Shown here in pieces: positions 6,459-14,000 of a stretch of DNA of 64,000 bases; position 1 is the first letter of the stretch; every line of letters begins with the position of its first letter. Both the position numbers and the translations under genes were made by a program. A model generated the notes under the pieces. It saw only the letters and a program-made list of their open reading frames with translations, did no database searches and was not told the DNA's origin. Location of the stretch: the sequence record ON529851.1. The stretch is one strand, 5' to 3'.

Positions 6459-6535
6459 TGGTCGGCGAGGGAGGATTCGAACCTCCGATCCCTCCGACCC
6501 GAACGGAGTGACTTACCAGACTTGCCCACACGCCG
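6459..6535 (-). tRNA. tRNA-Pro(CGG)
   Basis: C1:G72, CTCCG-TTCGGGT-CGGAG. Confidence 0.93.
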
Positions 6536-6544
6536 ATGGAAACG

Positions 6545-6578
6545 AAAAAAGACCCCGGAGGCTATGCGCCTGGGGCCT
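6545..6578 (-). terminator. Intrinsic terminator (attenuator) about 10 nt upstream of the first tRNA of the array
   Basis: AGGCCCC-AGG/CCT-CC-GGGGTCT stem followed by TTTTTT. Confidence 0.75.
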
Positions 6579-6649
6579 GAAACAACTGCTGTTTTGGGAT
6601 TCAGCAGGTGATCGGCCCCTTAAGGGCGCCTCACCTGCGAGGACTGGAC

Positions 6650-6784
6650 TTAGGGCCAGCCTTCCAAGGAGACGCCACCGGTGGTGGGGGACTTCGGCGA
6701 CAGTTTCGTCGGCGCATGCGCGAGCGTCGACAGCGCCGTGGCGGCGGTCGAAAGATGGCTCAGCTTGTGCGACAAGGTAGTCAC
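6650..6784 (-). CDS. Candidate leader peptide MTTLSHKLSHLSTAATALSTLAHAPTKLSPKSPTTGGVSLEGWP (44 aa, GTG start)
   Basis: Codons 2-35 encode only T,L,S,H,K,A,P; lies between the promoter and the terminator of the tRNA array. Confidence 0.75.
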   Translation of the reverse strand: MTTLSHKLSHLSTAATALSTLAHAPTKLSPKSPTTGGVSLEGWP

Positions 6785-6836
6785 GATGAAGGTCCAGTCC
6801 GAAGAAGGAGCGCGAATGCGCTGTGATGAAGTCTGA

Positions 6837-6865
6837 TCTCTACAGGAAGCTTGAGCGTATGTCAA
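6837..6865 (-). promoter_or_regulatory. Promoter TTGACA-N17-TAGAGA of the main tRNA array
   Basis: Perfect -35 and 17-nt spacer. Confidence 0.7.
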
Positions 6866-6884
6866 GAACTTCAGCAGAAAAAGT

Positions 6885-6923
6885 TGGTAGAGGGGCTGAT
6901 CGCGCTTGTCGAGCGACCCTCTC
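6885..6923 (-). ncRNA. Candidate 39-nt CCA-ending minihelix RNA
   Basis: AGAGGG/CCCTCT-A-CCA hairpin starting at the predicted TSS of the 6931-6959 promoter, followed by a T run. Confidence 0.45.
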
Positions 6924-6930
6924 GAAACGC

Positions 6931-6959
6931 CTTGTGCCAGGATCGGCGGCGATCGTCAA
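6931..6959 (-). promoter_or_regulatory. Promoter TTGACG-N17-CACAAG
   Basis: Shares GCCGCCGATCCTGGCAC with the 8206-8234 promoter. Confidence 0.55.
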
Positions 6960-7062
6960 CAGGGAAAATGCACGCGCGCGGCCGAGGGGGAGCGGAAGAC
7001 CGCGCGCGTGCCCGGCAGACCGTCGGGGGACGGGGCCTGGGTCGTCGGGGGACGGGGAGGGG

Positions 7063-7299
7063 TCAGCCGGCGCGGCGCTTGAGCGTCTCGTGCAGCGGCG
7101 GATAGGGGACCGGGCCGTAGATCACCTCGACGAGGCGAGGGCGGCGGCCGGTGCGGATTTTGGAAGGCAGGGGCACGTTGCGGCGCCGCAGTTCGGCGGC
7201 GGCGGCGGCGCTCGCCAGGGAGCCTGACAGGTAGACGCCGATCAGTTCGGCGACCGTCAGGGTCATCATGCGCTGGGCGCGGGTGGTGTTGTGAGCCAC
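7063..7299 (-). CDS. Hypothetical protein (78 aa)
   Basis: GTG start with SD GGAGAG. Confidence 0.65.
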   Translation of the reverse strand: MAHNTTRAQRMMTLTVAELIGVYLSGSLASAAAAAELRRRNVPLPSKIRTGRRPRLVEVIYGPVPYPPLHETLKRRAG

Positions 7300-7397
7300 G
7301 AGGGTCTCTCCATCTGGATGTGATCCAGGCGGGAGACGCGGTTTCGCGCTGGGTGACCGGTGTGGTCCCCGTCCTGGAAATTACCAGATGCGAGAGT

Positions 7398-7589
7398 TTA
7401 GTCGGAGGGCTTGGCCCCGAAGACCGAGGCGATCGCCGTCAAAGCCTTCTTGACCCGGTTGGGCCGCTGGGTCAGCGCCGAGGCGCAGACCTTCTTGATT
7501 TCGTCGAGGGTGAGCGAGGCCGGGTCACGCAGGCCGCGCGCGGCGATCGAGCCGACGCTGGCGGAGGTGACTTCGGGGGTGATGCTCAT
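7398..7589 (-). CDS. Hypothetical protein (63 aa, MSITPEV...)
   Basis: ATG after GAGG, just downstream of tRNA-Asp. Confidence 0.65.
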   Translation of the reverse strand: MSITPEVTSASVGSIAARGLRDPASLTLDEIKKVCASALTQRPNRVKKALTAIASVFGAKPSD

Positions 7590-7600
7590 GGAAAAACCTC

Positions 7601-7675
7601 TGGCGAGTCCAAGGGGAGTTGAACCCCTCTCTCCACCGTGACAGGGTGGTGTCCTAACCGATAGACGATGGACCC
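7601..7675 (-). tRNA. tRNA-Asp(GTC)
   Basis: CCACC-CTGTCAC-GGTGG, G73-CCA. Confidence 0.94.
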
Positions 7676-7706
7676 GTATCAGAGGGTCGATCCGCAGGAA
7701 GATGCT

Positions 7707-7784
7707 TGGAAGGGCGCCGGAGACTCGAACTCCGCTCACTTGGTTGAAAGCCAAGTATCCTGCAAACCGCTAGACGAGCGCCCC
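7707..7784 (-). tRNA. tRNA-Glu(TTC)
   Basis: CTTGG-CTTTCAA-CCAAG, CCA. Confidence 0.9.
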
Positions 7785-7818
7785 ATAAAGCACAGGGCGT
7801 CGAACACGAGAGCCGCGA

Positions 7819-7884
7819 TTAGGCGGCGGTCGTATCTCGGCCCTGGAAGGCCTCTCGTTCGTAGCTGGTCAGACGGTAGATCAT
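7819..7884 (-). CDS. Candidate leader peptide MIYRLTSYEREAFQGRDTTAA (21 aa)
   Basis: ATG at the predicted TSS of the 7891-7919 promoter, directly ahead of the Glu/Asp tRNAs. Confidence 0.5.
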   Translation of the reverse strand: MIYRLTSYEREAFQGRDTTAA

Positions 7885-7890
7885 TTGGTG

Positions 7891-7919
7891 CTTGTAACAG
7901 AACTGTCGGTGGGTGTCAA
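7891..7919 (-). promoter_or_regulatory. Promoter TTGACA-N17-TACAAG
   Basis: Perfect -35 and 17-nt spacer; leaderless. Confidence 0.68.
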
Positions 7920-8095
7920 GAAGGACGGCGAAACTTTTTGGCCTTTCGGGCGGGTCGATCCTCATCGACTTCAGGCTCGGCCGCGTCCCTGCCCATCCAC
8001 AGGGCCGCGAGAAACGCGGGCGGACCCATCAGGGCTTCCAAGCGCTTCAAGGCCCGGTCGTTGGCCGCCAGGAAGGCGTCGCCGTATTCAAGCAT
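7916..8095 (-). CDS. Hypothetical protein (59 aa, MLEYGDAF...)
   Basis: SD GAGG upstream of the ATG. Confidence 0.6.
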   Translation of the reverse strand: MLEYGDAFLAANDRALKRLEALMGPPAFLAALWMGRDAAEPEVDEDRPARKAKKFRRPS

Positions 8096-8156
8096 GGAAC
8101 CTCGGAGGATACAGGGGCAGGCTTCAATGGACGGCGTTTGACCGCGCCCATCTCGG

Positions 8157-8198
8157 TGGTAGCAGCACACCAGCCCTGCTCGGCTGGCCCCGCCCCTC
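8157..8198 (-). ncRNA. Second candidate CCA-ending minihelix RNA (42 nt)
   Basis: Starts at the predicted TSS of the 8206-8234 promoter; GCCAGCC/GGCTGGT hairpin; ends CT-A-CCA. Confidence 0.35.
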
Positions 8199-8205
8199 GT
8201 TCCGG

Positions 8206-8234
8206 CGTGTGCCAGGATCGGCGGCAAAGGTCAA
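8206..8234 (-). promoter_or_regulatory. Promoter TTGACC-N17-CACACG
   Basis: 17-nt identity with the 6931-6959 promoter. Confidence 0.5.
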
Positions 8235-8431
8235 GGGTAAAATCGACGGGTGACCGCTACCGGCCTCGCCTGCTGGCCCGTCCCAGCGCCTGACCTTCTC
8301 GACGCGACGCCCTTGTGGGCGTTATGGCCTTCCCGTCCGAAGACAGACGCCGCGAAGGGTCAGCGGGACCGCATGATCGTCAGCCGCACGGCCAGCGCAG
8401 CGAGAGGTTCAGAGGCCTGTCCCGGAAAGAG

Positions 8432-8506
8432 TGGAGCGACTGGTCGGAATCGAACCGACGTCCCCAGGTTGGAAGCCTGGTGCTAAGGCCCCTCAGCTAC
8501 AGTCGC
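8432..8506 (-). tRNA. tRNA-Gly(TCC)
   Basis: CCAGG-CTTCCAA-CCTGG, U73-CCA. Confidence 0.92.
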
Positions 8507-8520
8507 AGTATAAAACAAGG

Positions 8521-8596
8521 TGGAGCGACTCTCGGGACTCGAACCCGACCCTGCGCGTTGGCAACGCGTTGTACCCACCCATAATACGTGAGTCGC
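8521..8596 (-). tRNA. tRNA-Gly(GCC)
   Basis: Loop TT-GCC-AA, U73-CCA. Confidence 0.88.
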
Positions 8597-8608
8597 ATGG
8601 TTAATAAA

Positions 8609-8690
8609 TGGCACGGGTGGAGGGATTCGAACCCCCGACATATGCTGGTTTTGGAGACCAGTGCCTTGAGCCAGACTTGGCGACACCCGT
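8609..8690 (-). tRNA. tRNA-Trp(CCA)
   Basis: CTGGT-CTCCAAA-ACCAG, G73-CCA. Confidence 0.9.
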
Positions 8691-8703
8691 GTAAACTTGA
8701 AGG

Positions 8704-9228
8704 CTACTTGTAGCGCTCTTGGAGGAACTTGACAACCCGCTGCGGCGTACTTTCGTCTGCGGTGGTCCGGAAATCGATCCGGTCCCCCAACAGCGCCAGC
8801 AGTTTCTTGTCCACCTCCAGGGCCTCCCTCTCGTTGTGGTGGCGGCCGTAGGTCTGATAGGCGGACGCCGGTCGATCGAGCCAGACGTTGACGTTCTCGT
8901 AGGAATCAAAGAGGTCGAAGACCTCCTGGTGGAACTCCGGCTGGGCGTAGTCGCCCTGGCCGTAGATGCAGCCCAGCAGCAAGGGGCTGTCGGTCAGAAT
9001 CCAGTCGACGTGCCCGAGAAACCGTTTCAGCCGCGACGCCTGCTTCCAGGTGACGCGCCGTTGATCCGCCAGGGTCGCCCAGTCCTTAGAGACAGAACGC
9101 TCGGTGGCGTATTCCTCGACCTGGGCGGCGCGGTAGCCGCCGATCTTCATGTGAAAGAAGGTGCCGGCCTTGACCGTCGACTTTCCGCCGCACGGGCCGG
9201 ACCAGAAGTTCAGGACACGCGTCGTCAT
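8704..9228 (-). CDS. P-loop NTPase/kinase (AAA_28 / NadR-C-like)
   Basis: Walker A GPCGGKST, EEYA, and LTDSPLL motif. Confidence 0.8.
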   Translation of the reverse strand: MTTRVLNFWSGPCGGKSTVKAGTFFHMKIGGYRAAQVEEYATERSVSKDWATLADQRRVTWKQASRLKRFLGHVDWILTDSPLLLGCIYGQGDYAQPEFHQEVFDLFDSYENVNVWLDRPASAYQTYGRHHNEREALEVDKKLLALLGDRIDFRTTADESTPQRVVKFLQERYK

Positions 9229-9299
9229 TCAGCAAACGGACTTTCAACCGGCTGGCAGGATTCAGGTTTTGCGGGGGTGGCGCAGTGCGCCGGCAGGTC

Positions 9300-9599
9300 T
9301 TAGCTGCGCCAGCTTCCGTCGGCGTCGTCAACGACGTCCGTCGAATCCAGGTCGGCTTCGACCGTCCGGCGCTGTCGACCTCGTCCGCGTCCGCGCGGCG
9401 CCTCTTCAGCATCCTCGGGCTCGGCCAAGACGATGAGGGCCTCGACATCGTCGACGACGATCTCAACCGGAGCGACGACTTCGACGCGAGTCCAGGGCGT
9501 GCGCGACCAGCCGTGCTCAAGCACGAGGTTGCTCGCCTTCGCCGTGGGAACGTCGAAGGGCTCGCAAGTTTCCGGATGATAAACGCGCTCGGTAGCCAT
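9300..9599 (-). CDS. Hypothetical protein (99 aa), paralog of 25130-25678
   Basis: Leaderless from the 9608-9636 promoter; similar N terminus and basic C terminus. Confidence 0.75.
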   Translation of the reverse strand: MATERVYHPETCEPFDVPTAKASNLVLEHGWSRTPWTRVEVVAPVEIVVDDVEALIVLAEPEDAEEAPRGRGRGRQRRTVEADLDSTDVVDDADGSWRS

Positions 9600-9607
9600 A
9601 GTGAGGG

Positions 9608-9636
9608 ACCTTATACGAACTGCACGCGATTGTCAA
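9608..9636 (-). promoter_or_regulatory. Promoter TTGACA-N17-TAAGGT
   Basis: Consensus-like; TSS about 9601. Confidence 0.68.
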
Positions 9637-9644
9637 TTATTACG

Positions 9645-10430
9645 TCAATCGAGCGCCCATCGGAACCATACGGCCTTCTTCTCTCCCGGCGTTTCCGCGT
9701 ATTCAGCCTCCACGGGCGTGACGAAGTCGTTGAGGAAGACGCCGTTCAGAAAATCGCCCGTCGCCCGATGGCCGAGGATGAAGCGCGGGGGTCCGCCAGG
9801 TCCGTAGGTGTCGAACCCTTGACCGATGCGTCCGCCCGCAAGGCGTCGAACCGTGCACGCGGCCTGGGTCCAGAGGTAGGCGCGGTAGCGGCCGCGTCGC
9901 AGGCGCGTGTTGAGCGCCAGGCGCAACATGGACCCGACAGGCGGGGCTGCCTCAATGTGGGAGAAGACGAGTTGATCGGCGGCGTCATACAGGCCGATCC
10001 GCACCGCGCCGGCGCCGGCGGTCACCCAGACGCCGGCTTCGACCAGGCGAATCGTATCCGAGGCGACGTAGAAATCTTCAAACAGAATGGTTTCGGGCGG
10101 CAGGTCGACATCTTCCGGAGCCCCGTCCAAGGCCAGGCCAGGAACGGCGAACCCGCCCGGCGGCAAGTCCACCGCCACGACCCCGTCGACGACCGCCAGC
10201 GGCGCGAGGTCCGGGTCCCAAACCAGGACGCCGGCCTTGCGCGTCAGGGGCGCGCCTTGCGGTCCTGCCGCCGGGGCGACGCCGGAGACGGCGGCCGGCA
10301 GGTGGATGGATTCAGGGCGTCCCTCGACGCGAATGTGCAGCGTCCGGTCAGCCGTGTTGTGTCCGACCTGACCCGGCAGCAGATGCGGGCGCGCCTTCGG
10401 CGTGGAGGAGTGTTTGTTCTGGACCGCCAT
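9645..10430 (-). CDS. Putative fibre/filament subunit (261 aa)
   Basis: TGATG coupling; LLPGQVGHNTADRTL fibre-type motif; C domain similar to that of 11041-19185. Confidence 0.7.
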   Translation of the reverse strand: MAVQNKHSSTPKARPHLLPGQVGHNTADRTLHIRVEGRPESIHLPAAVSGVAPAAGPQGAPLTRKAGVLVWDPDLAPLAVVDGVVAVDLPPGGFAVPGLALDGAPEDVDLPPETILFEDFYVASDTIRLVEAGVWVTAGAGAVRIGLYDAADQLVFSHIEAAPPVGSMLRLALNTRLRRGRYRAYLWTQAACTVRRLAGGRIGQGFDTYGPGGPPRFILGHRATGDFLNGVFLNDFVTPVEAEYAETPGEKKAVWFRWALD

Positions 10431-11041
10431 CAGAGGAACCGCAGGGAAACGACATGGTGTTGAGGGGTAGGGGACCAGGGAGACACCGTCCGCACCTGCT
10501 CCACGATCATGTTCGACGTCGTCGGCGTGGTCTCGATCGTGTAATGCCCCGGCGCCAACGAGAGATCAAAACCCGGCTCCAACGTGAGGACGCCATTGAT
10601 GGCGAAGGCGTGCGTTACGATCATGACGCCTTTTGCATCGAGAAGGCGGGCCGTCAGCGTGCCCGTCCCGCCTGCGCCGCGCACCCGCATCGCGATCAAC
10701 TGGGCCGGCTCCAGCAGAGTGATCGAAGCGGTCCGCACCACGGAGCCGAACGGGAGCAGGCTCACTTCCAGGGGCGCACATCCGGGCAGAACCCACAGCT
10801 TGCGATCCATGGGTCGGCCGCCGCCGCCGGCCTGTAGCGGCCCGTGCACGACGCCGCCCTCCGTCATCAGGCGGACGTCGTCGCCGCCGAGCGTGCGTTC
10901 GGGCAGCAGGGGCACGTCCATATCGAACGCATCCGTCCCGACGCCCAGGATGCGGGCCGCCGGATCGAGCGTCAGTTCGCCCGGCGCGCGCGGCTGGGGC
11001 GGGTTGGCCTCATAGGGCGTCAGGTAAATGGTGTCAGGCAT
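10430..11041 (-). CDS. Putative fibre/filament subunit (203 aa)
   Basis: TGATG overlap with the giant gene; APGELTLDPAARIL motif. Confidence 0.7.
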   Translation of the reverse strand: MPDTIYLTPYEANPPQPRAPGELTLDPAARILGVGTDAFDMDVPLLPERTLGGDDVRLMTEGGVVHGPLQAGGGGRPMDRKLWVLPGCAPLEVSLLPFGSVVRTASITLLEPAQLIAMRVRGAGGTGTLTARLLDAKGVMIVTHAFAINGVLTLEPGFDLSLAPGHYTIETTPTTSNMIVEQVRTVSPWSPTPQHHVVSLRFL

Positions 11042-14000
11042 CAGGCGGTCGCCCATACATAGGCCACGGCCAACGCCTCTCGGGCGCTTGGCGCGGGCGC
11101 GTCCAGCAGGTTGCCCGTATCGGGCGCGGAAAGGTCACCCACCAACGCCATATCCGAGGCGCGGGATTGCGGGACGCGGCGCGTCGTCAGGACGGGCGCG
11201 ACGCCCGTGACGGCGATCATCGCCGCGTGCCAGCCGGCCGAGAGCGTCACAGCCTGTTCGACCGGCTTAGGTCCGACCGCTCCGGCGGCGGATACCTGGA
11301 CGCTCAGGGCGACATCACCCGGCGTCTGGGTCGCCGGGTCCCATTGACAGACGCCGAACCGGATCGTTCCGGCGGACGCCACGGCGGTGGTGACGCCGAA
11401 GCGACTGAAGCGGGTCTGACGCGGCAGGAAGAACGGTCGGTAGACCACCTTGCCGACCGGCGGCTGGTCCGCCGAAGCGTCCAGGCCGCAGTCCGTCAGG
11501 TAATGATCCCCGGCGCGGGCCGGCAACAGAACAGGCGCGTCGTACACCGGCGCTGGTGAGCGCCACGTTCCATCCGCGTAAAGGATGTCCCCCGGCGCGC
11601 CGCCTTCGGGAGCCACGCCGCCACGCGCGATCCGCCCGAGCGGGCGCGACTGCATCGTACCGCTCTGGTCGGTGGCGAAGAGGAGACCGTCGGTTTCGTT
11701 CAGGGCGATTTCCAGGGGCTCAAGCGCGACGGGCACATTGCCCTGCACCAGAGTGCGTTTATAGCGGATCACCACGCCGCCCGATCCCGAAACGAGCACG
11801 CCGTCTCCGTCTTCGACGTAGCCTTCCGGCGGCTGGAGGTAGAGCGTCGGCAAGGCGCCGGTGGCCGAGGTGCCGCCGGAGCCTTCCGATTCAGGCGGCG
11901 ACACCAGGATGACGGAATCGCTCAGGTCGCCGTCCACGACCGCCGCCGTCAGTTCGGCGGCGAAGCCGCGCGGCGGGTTCACATAGATGCGGTCGAAGTA
12001 GTTGATGCGGACCAAAGCATTCCGGCTAAACGCCGCCTGGGGCGTGCCGACCAGAATGAGACCCAGATCACGCGAAACGCTCGCCGTCACCTCGATCAGC
12101 GGATCGCCGCTCATGCCGACACGGATCGTTGCGAAAGGCCCGCCCGCCTGCCCGTTACTGACGATGGCGTTCGCCGCGCCCGTCGCGTCACCCACGGCGA
12201 ACGCGATCGAGATGTCGTTGTCGAACGGCGCCGTCGTATAGGTGACCGGCAGTTCGCCCAGACCATCGAGCGTGGTGATCTGAATCGGTCCGCCGAAATC
12301 AACGGAGGCCGTTTCATTCGGTCCGCGCAGTTCGCCTTGCGGCGCTTCGGTCCGCACGATCCAGATGAATTGTTGTCCCGGCGTCGGTTTCCAGCCGGCG
12401 CTGCCCTCGGCGAACCCGTCCGGCGGGGTGAGGGAGATGATGCTGTCGATCTCTCCCACCCACATATCAGCGACGCCCATGTCGCCTGCGATCGGCGAGA
12501 GGCTGATTTCCAGCGGATCGAACAGTTCGAATCCGGCGCCAAGGATGTAGTTCATCGGCTGGAGCGTGACCGCCAGGGTCTCCTCCAACTTGATATTGGC
12601 CCCGGCCTCCAGGTCCACGGTCGGCGGGAAGGGGTAGTAGAGGTCCTCGCCCAAGCCCGTCACGACGACGGCGTCCGTCTGCGGCTGGCCGCCCAGGTCG
12701 CCGGAGACGTAGATGGTGGGCAGGTAGGCGCCGATGCCGCCCTGAGCGGTGGCCTGCGGGTCCATCATGAGGATGGTTTCGCCCAGGTCCCCCGAGCCTT
12801 GAGCGCCCATGGAGATGGCGCCCACAGGGGGAACCACAGTGACTACAGGCAGAGAACCTGAGGCGTTCGCAGCTTTCGAGCCCTCGCCGGCGCCGACCGT
12901 CGAGGTCACCTGGACCGTGCCGATGGACGTGATATTGACCAGCGCCGGAATCGACAGGCCGCCCTCGAAGACCGACAGGGCCGCCAGGCCAGGTCCGCCC
13001 GCAAACGCCGGTTCCACGAAGAAGTTGGGCGTGCCGCCCACGGCGGTGCCCGGCAGATAGGAAGGATGGTCGGTCCCCGCCGGCGTGCCCGTGGTCGACG
13101 TCTGCGTGACGCCGTCCGTCAGCAGTTCCCCGAGGAAGGCCGAGCCGCCGCCGGCCGCTCCGGACGCCGTGCCATTGTTGCCTGCCGCGCCGCCGCCGCC
13201 ATAATAGCCGCCGCCGCCGCCCGCCCCGGAGGCGACGCCGCCTGAGCCGCCCGCACCGCCTTCGCTGGCTTCCAGCGGGAAACCGTCGCCGCCGCGCAGA
13301 TAGGCGCCGTTGCCGTTGCCGCCGGTGTTGGTCGCGCCGACGCCGCCTGCGGTCTGGCTGCCCCCGGCGCCCGCGTACACGGTGCCGCCGAGGCCGGCGC
13401 CGCCGCTCAGGCCGCCGCCGAAGCCGCCGGGACGGGCCGCTACGCCCGCGCCGCCGCCGCCGCCGCCCGCAATCGCCACCAGCACGCCGTTGCGCCAGAC
13501 ACGGGTCGAGCCGCCGCCGGCCCCCATGGCGTAGCTGCCCGCCCCGCCGCCGCCGCCGTCAGGCCAGCCGCCGTAAGCGCCCATGAAGTCCCTGGGCGTT
13601 GCGCCGCCCTGGCCCACTTCGAACCGCAGGTGGTCGCCAGACTGGAACAGGACGACACCGGACAGCAGGCCGCCAGCGCCGCCCAGCGAGGTGCGGGCGA
13701 TCGTATTGTTGACGAGTTGCGAGGCCGAACCGCCGCCGCCCCACAAGGTGAGATTGACGCCCCCCTCGAAGGTCGTGATGTAGTCACGAGAGCCTTGGCG
13801 GTCTCCCGGCAGGAGGGTCTCGCCGAGCGTCAGCGGGGCCAGAGCCGCGCCGGGCGCGAACTCCATAACTGCGCGGCCGTCACCGCCTGGAAGGATGGTG
13901 GCCTTCAGCGCCTGCGCGCCGCCAACGCCCACACCGGCGACGTAGTCGACGTCGTTTTGACGCGGGGGGTTGCGCCCCGCGCCGCTTTCAAGGCGGTGAT

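Noticed and set aside
4649-6780. ORF-track proteins overlapping the tRNA array (e.g. 4748-5026, 5026-5553, 5614-6084)
   Set aside because: They coincide with well-formed tRNA genes.
6785-6865. 5' extension of the leader ORF to 71 aa as given in the ORF track
   Set aside because: Its TTG start is the -35 hexamer (TTGACA), upstream of the predicted TSS.
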